From: a virus
Virus record (IMG/VR): IMGVR_UViG_3300047557_002984
Location: 10,322-74,321 of that record
DNA: 64,000 bases
Strand: one strand, 5' to 3'
Shown here: one piece after another, positions 25,166-34,892 of the stretch
Layout of the letters: each line of letters starts with the position of its first letter
How positions within the stretch are numbered: the stretch's first letter is position 1
Notes under the pieces: generated by a model
The model's input: only the letters and a program-made list of their open reading frames with translations
The model's database searches: none
Told to the model about the DNA's origin: nothing
Translations under genes and position numbers: made by a program

Positions 25166-25783
25166 TTATCTTGCCTCCCGTGCGGGCGTTGGCCCGCTTT
25201 GCGTGTTGTATCGCCCCGTCACAGTGTAATCGTTCAACGGCGGCGCAGCCATTCGCACCAGTTGCATTTGCATCACGCGCTGACCTGCTTCCAGCTTGAT
25301 CGGCCACGGCGCAACGTTTTGAAATTCAAACGTCCACTGCGCGCCTTCGGGCGTGGCCAGCCCAAAGCCCGGATCGCCCAACCCCGCGTGCAAGTGCTCC
25401 AGTCCTCTGCGGCCCGTGCTGCTCTTGCTATAGAGCAGGGCAGTGACATCGCGCGGGATGCGGACAAATTCAAGCGAATGGCAAAGCACGAACTCACCCG
25501 GTAGCAGGTAGTAAGTGCTAAATTCCCGCGCATCTTCCCAAAGATCATCCGGGCCAAGCGACCACCTATTGCCTACATCGTGCCCCTCTGTTTCCAGTTG
25601 AAACCGCGCCACACTCAGCCGCTCCGGTGTGTAAACCTCTCCCCACCAGCGACGCGGGCGGCGGATCAGATTGCCCAGGCGCAAATCAATGCTGGCCGGA
25701 TTGATCAGCGCGGGATCGTATGGCGTCACAAGCGGCGCGTCCCCTTCGCACAGTGCTTTGATTTGTTCGTCGTTCAGGATCAA
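25166..25783 (-). CDS. dcd: dCTP deaminase (trimeric dUTPase fold)
   Basis: INPASIDLRLG, PGEFVL, KSSTGRRGL, AG..DPGF, TFEF.N, GRY..Q. Confidence 0.88.
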   Translation of the reverse strand: MILNDEQIKALCEGDAPLVTPYDPALINPASIDLRLGNLIRRPRRWWGEVYTPERLSVARFQLETEGHDVGNRWSLGPDDLWEDAREFSTYYLLPGEFVLCHSLEFVRIPRDVTALLYSKSSTGRRGLEHLHAGLGDPGFGLATPEGAQWTFEFQNVAPWPIKLEAGQRVMQMQLVRMAAPPLNDYTVTGRYNTQSGPTPAREAR

Positions 25784-25795
25784 GCGTGTTCTCCC

Positions 25796-26107
25796 CTATG
25801 CGGCCTTAGCCTTGCTGCTCATCAATTGCCGCCATTGGTTCAGGTACGCGGTGATGCGCTGGCGGTAAGCGTCGCACGCGTCAAATGTCCCCACGATGTC
25901 ACCGCAAGCCGCGACGCGCTCAATCAGCGCCTCCGCGTCGTGCCAGCGTTCGCCGCTGATTGAGAATCCCGACGGCAACGCATCCCACGATCCAAGTTCA
26001 CCCACAAACGCGCTGATCTCTGCGCACGCGTGGCGAAAGCTCGATTGCACAACCTCACGGCAAAACGCTATTGCTTGCTCTTGCGTTAAAACTCGCGTTC
26101 CTGGCAT
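25796..26107 (-). CDS. hypothetical protein
   Basis: In operon between primase-helicase and dcd. Confidence 0.65.
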   Translation of the reverse strand: MPGTRVLTQEQAIAFCREVVQSSFRHACAEISAFVGELGSWDALPSGFSISGERWHDAEALIERVAACGDIVGTFDACDAYRQRITAYLNQWRQLMSSKAKAA

Positions 26108-26109
26108 TG

Positions 26110-28020
26110 CTAAAACTCCGGTGTAAATGCGTACTCATGCCCCTCTTGTAAAAATGGCACGAACACTTGCACAGCCTGTCCACGGCTGAGCATTTGCTTG
26201 CTGTCGGGGTCAAACCAAAACGGCATGAAGGGCAATTCGCCCTCGCCTTCGCGTTGTTTCTGCACCACCCACGCCCCATCCGCGCCGTCGAGCGCGCCTT
26301 GTTCTTCGCGCGTCAGCGGCTCGCCAATTGACACTTTGGCCTGTGCCCGTTCGCGCGCCTTGTTGCGCCAAATCGCCAGCACGTTATCCGCCTGATCCGT
26401 GATCCCGCCCGAACCTTTCACGCCGTTGTTATCCGGCGGATTTTCTTCGGTGCCGTCCTTGCGTCCGTGCGCCACCAGCAAAACGTGCGCGTTGAACTGC
26501 TTGGCAAAATTCGCGGCGCGGTCAGCAAACGCGTCCTGTCCGTCTAAGTCGTCGCCGCGAATGCCGCACTTCATCAGCGAATCAATCACAAAAAACGTCA
26601 CGCCGTAGCGTCGCCACGCGTACTCGAAGACCTCGAAAATCTTATCCGCCGTCACGCGCCCAACGTGATCAAACAGCCACAGCCGGTCGAAGTACCACGT
26701 CATCACCTGTCGGATGTACTCCCGCGAGGGCAGGCGCTGCGCGGTCAATTGCCGCACGGCGCGCTTGAGCAACACCGGCGCTTTCATTTCCAGCGAGGCG
26801 ATCAACCCGCGCTCTCCGTGTGCAAGCGCGGAGTTCATGATCAGGTTGATTGCCTCCGTCTTGCCGTGGCCGCGATAGCCCGTCACGATGGTCATTTCGC
26901 CCAGGCGAAAGCGAAACTTGTCACCAAAGCCCGCCAGCGGCACAGCAACGCCTGTGTGTGTTCCTTCGTCGGGGTAAAACTGCTCAATGACTTGATCCGT
27001 AAAGGCAACCGCGCTGCGGAGTTCGTCTGGATCGCACGAATCGGACTCTTCAATCAGCGCGCGCATTTGCTCAGCCGACATGCCCGCGCGAAGGCAATCG
27101 TTCACGTCCTTGTGCCCATCCGGCATTTCCGGCACAACGCGGCACCGATGACGCCCCAATCGCTCAATTAAATCCGCCACCGCTTCACGGCCCGGCGCAT
27201 CCTGATCAAAGTTCAGATAAATCACCTCGAACCGCTGCAACTGCTCCCACTCGCTTGCAATCCAGCGGTGTTTGCTGTCCTTGCCCGCGCCAAACGGTGT
27301 CGCCACGGCGGGAATGCCGTACTGATGCCACGTCATCGCGTTGATCTCGCCTTCCACGATCACCACCGCGCGCGCGTTGGCGGGGAACGCTTGCCAGCCA
27401 AACAGGATCGGCTCACAGCCTGCCTCTGCGTCAATCAGCTTTTTGCCGTCAGGCCGTTCCGTGCCCAGGTACTTCACAAACTTCAACTCGCCAGACGCCG
27501 CCGCTTTGAACGGGAACACCACCGCCGGGCAGGAATGCCGCCCGCTTTTGGCGGCAAAGCTATGTTCCGTTTGCGCGCCAACTTGAAACGCCTTGATCGT
27601 TTCCGCGCTTAGCCCGCGCTCGCGTGTCAGGTAATCCAGCACGGCGTTGCGCGGCATCGTTAGGTTTTTCACTTGCGGCTTGCGGTACTCAACCGGCGTC
27701 TCCGCAAATTTTGAGGCCCGCTGCAATTGCGGTTCGTGAATCCCTAGGAAGTTTTTCGCCCACGTCAGCGCTTCGTTCAGCGCCACCCCACGCACGGCGC
27801 AGTACAAATCCAGCAGGTCGCCGCTTTTACCGGCGGCGAAGTCTGCCCACAGGCCCGCCTTTTCGCCCGAAAGATGCACTTTCAGGCTTTGGCCCGGTTC
27901 GCCCGCCGTTGAGCCAACGCACCACTCTTGGCCGACGCGCTTTCCGTTAGGGAACAGCGCGCGCGCGACCGATTCGGCGCGCGCGGCAAGCTGTGTTTTG
28001 ATCTGTCCGGCGTCAATCAT
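26110..28020 (-). CDS. TOPRIM primase-SF4 helicase fusion (T7 gp4/Twinkle-like)
   Basis: IVEGEIN, FDQDAPG, KDVND; GYRGHGKT, SLEM, VIDSL, LVAH, KGSGGITDQAD, KQR. Confidence 0.92.
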   Translation of the reverse strand: MIDAGQIKTQLAARAESVARALFPNGKRVGQEWCVGSTAGEPGQSLKVHLSGEKAGLWADFAAGKSGDLLDLYCAVRGVALNEALTWAKNFLGIHEPQLQRASKFAETPVEYRKPQVKNLTMPRNAVLDYLTRERGLSAETIKAFQVGAQTEHSFAAKSGRHSCPAVVFPFKAAASGELKFVKYLGTERPDGKKLIDAEAGCEPILFGWQAFPANARAVVIVEGEINAMTWHQYGIPAVATPFGAGKDSKHRWIASEWEQLQRFEVIYLNFDQDAPGREAVADLIERLGRHRCRVVPEMPDGHKDVNDCLRAGMSAEQMRALIEESDSCDPDELRSAVAFTDQVIEQFYPDEGTHTGVAVPLAGFGDKFRFRLGEMTIVTGYRGHGKTEAINLIMNSALAHGERGLIASLEMKAPVLLKRAVRQLTAQRLPSREYIRQVMTWYFDRLWLFDHVGRVTADKIFEVFEYAWRRYGVTFFVIDSLMKCGIRGDDLDGQDAFADRAANFAKQFNAHVLLVAHGRKDGTEENPPDNNGVKGSGGITDQADNVLAIWRNKARERAQAKVSIGEPLTREEQGALDGADGAWVVQKQREGEGELPFMPFWFDPDSKQMLSRGQAVQVFVPFLQEGHEYAFTPEF

Positions 28021-28023
28021 CGG

Positions 28024-29034
28024 TTAAGCCACCAGCCCTTGTTGTTTTGCCTTCTGGTAATTTTCCATCGTCCAGCGGCGCTGCTCGCCAAGGCTCATTT
28101 GCTCCCAATTCGCTGGTTTGGGCGGCATCGGGATCACAACGGCCCCTTCCGGCACAGGAAAGCATCCGCCGATACGTGTCGGGGGTTGAGGTTGGCCAGC
28201 AAGCGAGACGTGGAACAGGTCTTTAAACGCCCACGGGCTAAGCGCCTTCGTCGGGTAGCGGGCAGCCAGCCACGAAGGAAAGGCCCGCACGTCGGCGGCT
28301 GTTGCCTTCAGCGAGAGCGCAAATTCCGCGAGTTCGCGCATCGTGCTAAAGTTCGTTGCGTGGCCAGGAAAAACATCCTCCAACGCTGTGCCCAACTCTC
28401 CGTGCGGGGCAGCCGTAGGCGGGGGGCTGGTTTTCCCCCTGGTTTTCCCCCTGGTTTTCTTCTGGTTTTCTTCTGGTTTTTGTGTGTCTGTTGAACAGAC
28501 CACCTCCGGTCTGTTGGACTGACTACCTCCGGTCTGTTGAACAGACCATCTCTGGTCTGTTGGACTGACTACCCCTGGTCTGTTCAACAGACTACCCCTG
28601 GTCTGTTCAACAGACTGGCTCTGGCGGGCAGATTCTGTTTGCCGGATGGCTCTCTCGGCTTTTTGTCCGGCGCGCGCTTGCAGGATGTCCAGGCGGACAT
28701 TGTTGGAGTCCATTTCCAATTCGTAGCACGCCCCGTCGTTGGATAGGTTGTTCTCGTCCGCCTTGACCAGCAAGCCGACCTCGACCAAATACGCCAACCC
28801 GTGAATGACGGTTGAGCGCCCCAAGCCCGTGCCGTGGTCGCGGATTTCGCCATTGGCCCCGCGTGCGCCGTTGCAGAACTGCGACAGGCTGATGCGATCC
28901 CGCTGCTTATGAAAGCCCATAATGCGACGCACGGCATACAGCAACAGAGCTAGCTCCGTGCCGGTCAGCAAGTGCATAACCTCATCCACGTAGAAATTCG
29001 GCACCTGAAACGTATTCGGATGAATCTTTGACAA
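28024..29034 (-). CDS. replication initiator (lambda O-like N-terminal domain)
   Basis: FQVPN..VD..M..LTGTE..LL...RRIMGFHK..DRISLSQF; contains iterons; AGGAG before TTG 29034. Confidence 0.88.
   Translation of the reverse strand: MSKIHPNTFQVPNFYVDEVMHLLTGTELALLLYAVRRIMGFHKQRDRISLSQFCNGARGANGEIRDHGTGLGRSTVIHGLAYLVEVGLLVKADENNLSNDGACYELEMDSNNVRLDILQARAGQKAERAIRQTESARQSQSVEQTRGSLLNRPGVVSPTDQRWSVQQTGGSQSNRPEVVCSTDTQKPEENQKKTRGKTRGKTSPPPTAAPHGELGTALEDVFPGHATNFSTMRELAEFALSLKATAADVRAFPSWLAARYPTKALSPWAFKDLFHVSLAGQPQPPTRIGGCFPVPEGAVVIPMPPKPANWEQMSLGEQRRWTMENYQKAKQQGLVA
28427..28615. repeat. replication origin: six iterons plus CTGGTTTT repeats
   Basis: GTCTGTTSRACWGAC at 28486, 28509, 28532, 28555, 28578, 28601 (23-bp period); five CTGGTTTT units at 28427-28480. 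Confidence 0.85.
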
Positions 29035-29265
29035 AACGCACCTCTCCTGATACGCCAGCGAATCTGGCGCTCGCAATGCCTGCCCGGCTCAGGGCAGGCG
29101 AGAACTAAGGAAACGAGATTGCGCCGGTGAGGGCGCTAGGTCTGAGGCGGGCGCGTGGGCACCGTTCGTCCGTCCAGGCCGTCGCCGCGCGTGGATTGGG
29201 GCGGTGCGCGCGACGCTCGCGTTAGCTTCGGGGGCTGACGCGTGGGTTAGGGTTGATCGTTAGGG

Positions 29266-30183
29266 CTAAGTGATTGCGCCATCATTGGCGGTCAGGATTC
29301 CGTAGCCTTTGCAATGTCGGCAGACTTTCACGCCACCATCGAGCGCCTTCATTCTTTCCTCGACATAAGTATCAAGCTTCGCCTTAAGCGCGAAATAGTT
29401 TTCAGCTTCAAGCTGCGGCAAATCGCCCATCTTTAATTCGATCAGGCTGCGCTGAATTGAACGCAGAGGACTTACTGTGACCTTGCCACGTCCGCCACTT
29501 CTGCCGGTTTTACCCGCAACGCTTTCTTGATGCTCCACGGGCAATAACTGCTTCACGTAAAACGAGTAGTCCGGCGTGTAGGAAACTTCAACGCTGTCGC
29601 CTTGTTGAGCGATGCGTTCTTTGAGTTTTTTCGTGACATACCGAAACGCTTCTTTGCTGCTTACGGCGCACGGGTATTTGTAGTAACTGACCGGATGAAA
29701 ATCGAGCGCGTAGGGAAATTTTGAAATCACCTCAAAGGCAAGTGTGATCGGTTCACAGTCCTCGTCTACGATGTCAACGGTCACGTCTTCCAGCCTTAGA
29801 TCGTGACTCGGTACAACGCGGCGCACCATCTGGTAAAGGCCGAAAATCTCATCATTCTTGCGCTCATCGTCGTCATCGTATACAAAGAAATCTAACTCCA
29901 CGGTCGGAGAAAGATGCGAGAGCGAGCTAAACTCCGGCTTCAGTTCGTAATGGGAAGGCTCGGTTGTTTGAGGCTTCTGAATACTGACCACCTGGGGCGC
30001 TCCACCAAGTTGCGCCGCATCTGCGAAATACCATTGCGAATTACCGGGGCATTGATTCACGGGCACCCCGTTGATTTTCAGGATGTCGCCGTATTCCACC
30101 CGCAACGGCAGGTACGGGCTGGGCTGGAAGTAGTATCTGCCGTCTTTTTTAATGGCTAGCATTTTATTTTTCATATTGCCCAT
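29266..30183 (-). CDS. hypothetical protein with C-terminal CxxCxGxG
   Basis: 305-aa ORF ending CRHCKGYG. Confidence 0.75.
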   Translation of the reverse strand: MGNMKNKMLAIKKDGRYYFQPSPYLPLRVEYGDILKINGVPVNQCPGNSQWYFADAAQLGGAPQVVSIQKPQTTEPSHYELKPEFSSLSHLSPTVELDFFVYDDDDERKNDEIFGLYQMVRRVVPSHDLRLEDVTVDIVDEDCEPITLAFEVISKFPYALDFHPVSYYKYPCAVSSKEAFRYVTKKLKERIAQQGDSVEVSYTPDYSFYVKQLLPVEHQESVAGKTGRSGGRGKVTVSPLRSIQRSLIELKMGDLPQLEAENYFALKAKLDTYVEERMKALDGGVKVCRHCKGYGILTANDGAIT

Positions 30184-30580
30184 CCTTCCACGCCGCTAGC
30201 ACGCACGCCATTGTGCGCGCCTCGGCTTCGGTTTCCATCAGCGGACTAACCGCGCCTAAATCGCGGCTCTGATCCACCATAAGGGCAAACCCAAAACGAT
30301 CTTTCTCCACAGTCAGCTTGTTCCAGCCGCGTTCGGCCATTGATTCATACGCGAAAGCGGCAGATGTAAGGCGCGTTGATGGTTCAAACCACCAGTGACG
30401 GCCTTCGTCTACCACCGTCCACGAATCGTACTCAGCCAGGTATTCCACATCCTGCATGCACAACCGCGCACAGGCTGCGTCCAAGTCCTTGCCGCGAAGG
30501 TCAAGAATGTCGCCTTCCATCAGCGCAAGGAAATCCTCGCGGGTGCGTTCGTGTGGTGCTTTTTGAATTGCTTGGCTCAT
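30164..30580 (-). CDS. phage ABA-sandwich-like protein
   Basis: GKDLDAACA...FEPST..AA...TEAEARTMACVLA. Confidence 0.55.
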   Translation of the reverse strand: MSQAIQKAPHERTREDFLALMEGDILDLRGKDLDAACARLCMQDVEYLAEYDSWTVVDEGRHWWFEPSTRLTSAAFAYESMAERGWNKLTVEKDRFGFALMVDQSRDLGAVSPLMETEAEARTMACVLAAWKDGQYEK

Positions 30581-30670
30581 CGCGCCTTCCCGTGTTTGGT
30601 AGGTAGTAGAGGCGGGAAGACTGCCCTGAAACGGCGAACCCGCGACCAGCTACATTTGACCATTCGTGTT

Positions 30671-30773
30671 TGCGAGACAACGATTAGTGAAGTGCGCGCT
30701 GATCGCGGGATTGCTCTTTTACAGGAAGAAACTCGCGGGGTCAAATTAGCACCCACTCTCTCGTTGTCTCGCA
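30671..30773 (-). ncRNA. promoter-proximal long hairpin RNA
   Basis: Perfect 13-bp inverted repeat TGCGAGACAACGA/TCGTTGTCTCGCA a few nt downstream of TTGCAA-N17-TATAGT. Confidence 0.45.
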
Positions 30774-30946
30774 TTTCTGACTATACGCTTTCCGCTCCCA
30801 TTTTGCAACAACAAAAAACGCGCGAACCCCTGATTTTACAGGGCCGCGCGCGATTTTCGCTTACACACAACCGCTCTGCCAGCGCGGATTGCGCCAGTCG
30901 TTTTTCCGCGTAATTTTTGCGGGGGATTCCATGTTTTGCGGTAATC

Positions 30947-31378
30947 CTATAACCGAAACTGAGCCATTCGTTCGCCTTCTTCCGCCGCCGTGGCTTTGCT
31001 CGCTTCTTGCAAGCGTTCGGGGATCACCATATCAAGCCACCAATGAGGGTAATTCGGGTCAGCGTATAGCTCCCAGGCGCAAAGCACTTTATTGCGCCCT
31101 GTGCCGTTCAGGCTTTCCAGCCAATTCTCAACGGTCACGCCCATCCACTTTTTGCCGATGTTGAAACCGTTGTCCGGCTTTATGTCCATGTCGTCACCTA
31201 GCGTGCGCTTGACTAAGCCCGCGCCATACGTTTCAACAAGGAACATTGACAGGGCCGCGCGCTCCGAGAAATCGCACACGAAGCCTGTTTCAACGGTTGT
31301 CCGCGCAAAGTATCGGTACAGTTCCGACATGCGCAGCCAGTTTTTTGTGGGTCGTGTTGGTAGTTTGATTTCGCTCAT
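30947..31378 (-). CDS. hypothetical protein
   Basis: MSEIKLPTRP..., ATGA coupled. Confidence 0.65.
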   Translation of the reverse strand: MSEIKLPTRPTKNWLRMSELYRYFARTTVETGFVCDFSERAALSMFLVETYGAGLVKRTLGDDMDIKPDNGFNIGKKWMGVTVENWLESLNGTGRNKVLCAWELYADPNYPHWWLDMVIPERLQEASKATAAEEGERMAQFRL

Positions 31379-31560
31379 GGCCAGTAATCTGCTCCCGCAC
31401 CGAATCGCGGCAACTCTACCGCGTGCGGGCGTTCGGCAAACATTGCTTCTCGATAATCCAGCGCTTCCGACGTGATCTGCCATTCGGCGAACGTGGGCGG
31501 GTGCGCGACAATCGGCGGCTGCTCGGCGGCGGTGATGTAAGGCTCTGTGGATGGTGTCAT
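31375..31560 (-). CDS. hypothetical protein
   Basis: MTPSTEPY..., ATGA coupled. Confidence 0.45.
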   Translation of the reverse strand: MTPSTEPYITAAEQPPIVAHPPTFAEWQITSEALDYREAMFAERPHAVELPRFGAGADYWP

Positions 31561-31887
31561 TGGCAAAGACTTTCCCAGCCTGTTACAGCATAAAGAATCG
31601 GCCAGCGATGAAACGGCGCGACATCTGAAGCGAAACAAGCGTGATGCTCGCCATCCGTTGCTTCTTTTCCGTCGCGGTAAATTACAAGCACGGGGACATT
31701 CCCCGTCAGTGCGCCATTTTCCCGCCATTGCAATGAAGGAGCGCCGCCCTGTAGGGGCAAGCGACGCCCCCCGGCCCTCGGCAGTGAAGCACTGCGAGCG
31801 GTTGAGCGAGCGGGCGGAATGGAGACGTGCCAGGGCTTCCGGTGTCTTCCGACCGCCCCGACCCGTTCTCGGCTTCGCCGGATGGCG

Positions 31888-32202
31888 CTATTCATCCGGC
31901 CACTCGCCCCTCTCTTTCAAGGCAGCAGTTACGTCAAAGCCTGCTGCTGGTGTGATGGCAAATCCGGGGGGATTCGGTTTCTTTTTGTGAGCGTTAAGGC
32001 TCATTGCCATATTTTGCGCAAACTCAATCACGGCTGGATTGCTATTTGCGGCGGCGCTATTCGTAATCCAATCTACTGCCCAGGAAAGGGCGTTGTTGTA
32101 TCCCAATCGCTCTCCCTCTAAGAGGGTGCGAACTGTTTGAATTGCTGCTCTTTGAAGAGCTATCTCGCCATCAAGAAGTTCTTTTTCACTTTTGCTTTTC
32201 AT
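31888..32202 (-). CDS. hypothetical protein
   Basis: 104-aa helical ORF. Confidence 0.6.
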   Translation of the reverse strand: MKSKSEKELLDGEIALQRAAIQTVRTLLEGERLGYNNALSWAVDWITNSAAANSNPAVIEFAQNMAMSLNAHKKKPNPPGFAITPAAGFDVTAALKERGEWPDE

Positions 32203-32265
32203 AAGTAATCAATATCCAGAACGGATGAAAACCGGAAATCTTTTCGCCAATAGCCCATTCGGATG

Positions 32266-32457
32266 TCACCCGAAGGGGCGGGCATAGTAGAAACGAGCGA
32301 CGCACCAGAGAAGCAGGAGCGAGTCACGCAGGCGGGCGGGACTCCGAACCGCGAGCACCGGCCACAGCAGCGCGGTCGGCGCATCGTGTAGACAGACATA
32401 CACACCGCCAGCGACGATTAGGTACAGCACGAATAACACAGACAAGAAATCTTTCAT
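32266..32457 (-). CDS. small membrane protein
   Basis: N-terminal TM helix. Confidence 0.4.
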   Translation of the reverse strand: MKDFLSVLFVLYLIVAGGVYVCLHDAPTALLWPVLAVRSPARLRDSLLLLWCVARFYYARPFG

Positions 32458-32724
32458 TGCGTAGCTAAAAATTGCCCGGCAGCGTAACTACCGGGCCAAA
32501 AGGTTGTAACAACATAGGCTCCGCGCCTATCCCTCGCCGCGTGGCGAAGATCGTTTGCGCATTGCTGCGCAGAAATTACGGCTGGCGGGAGTACAACCAC
32601 CAGCCGACTGCCCGCTCCCCCGTCTCTCCTTTGCGGGCAATATCAAACTCTTGGTGCAGCGGCAGGGGAGCTTGATAAGCCCTGCCGCTGCTATCGCCCG
32701 CATACAAGGAATTGCGGGCAATCT

Positions 32725-32813
32725 TTTTGCGCGCCTTCGGGAATCGAACCCGCTGCCCGTCTGATTGGTCGCTAAACCTCTCTAGGCGTCCTTATGGGGC
32801 GCAGCGCGCAAAA
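32725..32813 (-). ncRNA. degenerate tRNA-like element
   Basis: CGGG-TTCGATT-CCCG T-arm and 10-bp closing stem, but no canonical anticodon loop or CCA. Confidence 0.3.
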
Positions 32814-33311
32814 TCATAAATGTAAAGACCGGGCGGGGCGGTGCGCCGCTATGGCCTAGATGTAGGCACTGGCGCTGGTGTCATTCCGCCCCGGTAGTCG
32901 CTACTTAGAGTCGCGCGCGCCGCGCCGGTGACTCGTTGCGCCCCGCTGGGGCTGCACTCGTTTCAACCGGCGCAAGAATTTTTCGACTCTTTGCACGCAG
33001 GTTCCTGTTTCCGCGAGCGCCATCGCTCTCCGCAGGCGTAACTTCCGGGCCTCTCGCCCGTAGAGGATTGCCAGCCTGTTGCGATTGCTCGCCATTCACC
33101 TCAAACAATCACAGTTGCGCGGCTGGCAAATTGGTGGCTACGATTGGCGATTGGCTTCCGCGAACCGCCTGCGCGTCGCAACGCACACCGTAGCCATAAT
33201 TGAAAAGACCTTGTAAAAAAAAACGGGCGCGCGTTTCCACGCGCCCAAGCTCCCACTTCCAATCATTCAAGGAGATTCGCCACGATGCCCGGCGACCGGC
33301 TACCCGATGCG

Positions 33312-33995
33312 CTATGCAGGCAGCGCAAAATAATCTTTAGCAAATCGTTGCAACACCGGATGCGGAGGCATTCCCTGACGCAAGTGATGAATGGCTTGGC
33401 CGACAATGTAACGCCCCATCCGTTCGCGCGTGTTGAACGATTCCGCCGGTTCGCCGACGAGATCACTTTCGCGGTATCCGGCACTAATCAATAGCGTGGC
33501 CAGCCATTCCTTCCCGCCGCGACGCAAGCCGGTAGCCTTGTTCCAGTCAATGTCTACATCGTCAGCATCTTCCACGAAGGAGTTGAGCCAGCCAATCACC
33601 ACGTCTAATCGTGTCAGCGGTGCAATGTCCGCTTCCTGTAACGCAAGCAGACCGGGCAAGCCACGAATGGCAGCAGTCACAGCGTCTTGCCGTTTGGCCA
33701 GTTCGAGTGCGCGGCGTCCAGCGTATGCCTTGCCCGCCGCCGACGCTCGCCAAGCCTTTCTTTCGGCTTCCATCGCGGCCATATAGCGCGCTTCAATCGC
33801 TTTGGCGTTGTCCTCTTGCGGGCGAACGCGCATGAGGATGTCGTTGAACTTAAAAACGACTTCCGCATTGTTTCGCCGCGCCAGTTGCAACGCTTGCCTT
33901 GCAGCGAAGCCGATGCTGTCACCGGCACATAGCTCCATCTTTAACATTCGCTTTGGTTGATTGCGCTTGGCGCGTTTATGAGCCGTCTTTAGCAT
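33312..33995 (-). CDS. hypothetical protein
   Basis: AAGGAG RBS, 227 aa. Confidence 0.75.
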   Translation of the reverse strand: MLKTAHKRAKRNQPKRMLKMELCAGDSIGFAARQALQLARRNNAEVVFKFNDILMRVRPQEDNAKAIEARYMAAMEAERKAWRASAAGKAYAGRRALELAKRQDAVTAAIRGLPGLLALQEADIAPLTRLDVVIGWLNSFVEDADDVDIDWNKATGLRRGGKEWLATLLISAGYRESDLVGEPAESFNTRERMGRYIVGQAIHHLRQGMPPHPVLQRFAKDYFALPA

Positions 33996-34173
33996 CGTCT
34001 TTCTCCTTACTCATTCCCCAGCAGCACGCACATCACCAGCGCTTGCCGGATGCTGCGTGTCCGCTGTTCGTGGCGCGCACGGCGGGCAACGCGCCAGTGA
34101 TCATATGCTGTGCGCAGGATAGCCAAACCGCCGACCACGCCCAACACGCCGCAGGTGATTAGGATTGCTGTGA

Positions 34174-34431
34174 TCATTGCAGCGCTCCTTCCAGTTCAGC
34201 CTTTTCAGCTTTCAGCCTTTCAATGCTGCCTGCGACCCAGATTTTCATTTCAAACTTCGGACATTTGCGGTCGTCACTGGAAGGGCCGGATTTGCGACCG
34301 CTAGGCAACAATGTTTCTTGCGGACAACGGGAAGTCATCCACAGATTGCAACTACCGCATCTTGTTTGCAGCTTCAGTATCTCGTTAGGGATTTCACGGA
34401 GTCGCTTGATTATCATGTGCTTGTCGCTCAT
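34174..34431 (-). CDS. small Cys-containing protein
   Basis: CGSC...C...C; GAGG RBS. Confidence 0.55.
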   Translation of the reverse strand: MSDKHMIIKRLREIPNEILKLQTRCGSCNLWMTSRCPQETLLPSGRKSGPSSDDRKCPKFEMKIWVAGSIERLKAEKAELEGALQ

Positions 34432-34483
34432 CGCATTTCCTCGAAAGGGCGCGGCCCCCAGTGTGCTCATTTTGCCGCGCCCT

Positions 34484-34735
34484 TTATTTGCCCGCCGCGC
34501 AGCGGGCAAGCTCACGCTTCGGTGCTCGTTTTCGTGTGGGTACTGTTTGCGCCTCGCTTAGAAACGCTTGCAGCACCGCGACGGGGAAGAGCACGCGCCG
34601 ATTGATCCGCGCCGGTTTGATTTTTCCGGCGCGCACTAGGTTTCGCACTGTCCCCTGGCTTACGCGCAAAAACTGCGCCGTCTCCGGGTACGTCAGGGGC
34701 GGCAGCAGATACGGTAAAGATTCGGATCGCATCAA
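34484..34735 (-). CDS. excisionase-family HTH (HTH_17) protein
   Basis: LTYPETAQFLRVSQGTVRNLVRAGKIKPARINRRVLF. Confidence 0.8.
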   Translation of the reverse strand: MMRSESLPYLLPPLTYPETAQFLRVSQGTVRNLVRAGKIKPARINRRVLFPVAVLQAFLSEAQTVPTRKRAPKRELARCAAGK

Positions 34736-34892
34736 AATTGCCCTCCCGCAGCGCGTTCACCAAAAATTGAAAATATTCGCGCCGCGACCGAATCATCGGA
34801 CGTGACGCCTGAATCTGTCCGTCCACCCAGGCAAGTTGCGCGGGTGTCAGGTGCAACAAGAATGTTTTTTCATCTCGTAAACTCACAATCAT
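34512..34892 (-). CDS. putative ribbon-helix-helix regulator
   Basis: KTFLLHLTPAQLAWVD...SRREYFQFLV pattern; first gene after the leftward promoter. Confidence 0.5.
   Translation of the reverse strand: MIVSLRDEKTFLLHLTPAQLAWVDGQIQASRPMIRSRREYFQFLVNALREGNFDAIRIFTVSAAAPDVPGDGAVFARKPGDSAKPSARRKNQTGADQSARALPRRGAASVSKRGANSTHTKTSTEA

Noticed and set aside
28486-28615. Mini-CRISPR interpretation of the palindromic repeats
   Set aside because: Spacers are only 8 bp and similar to each other; the array lies inside the initiator gene, as iterons do.
29181-29200. Solitary type I-C repeat (RNA anti-CRISPR) suggested by GCGCGTGGATTG
   Set aside because: Lacks the AAAC end and the repeat hairpin; the similar string near 33225 is a terminator stem.
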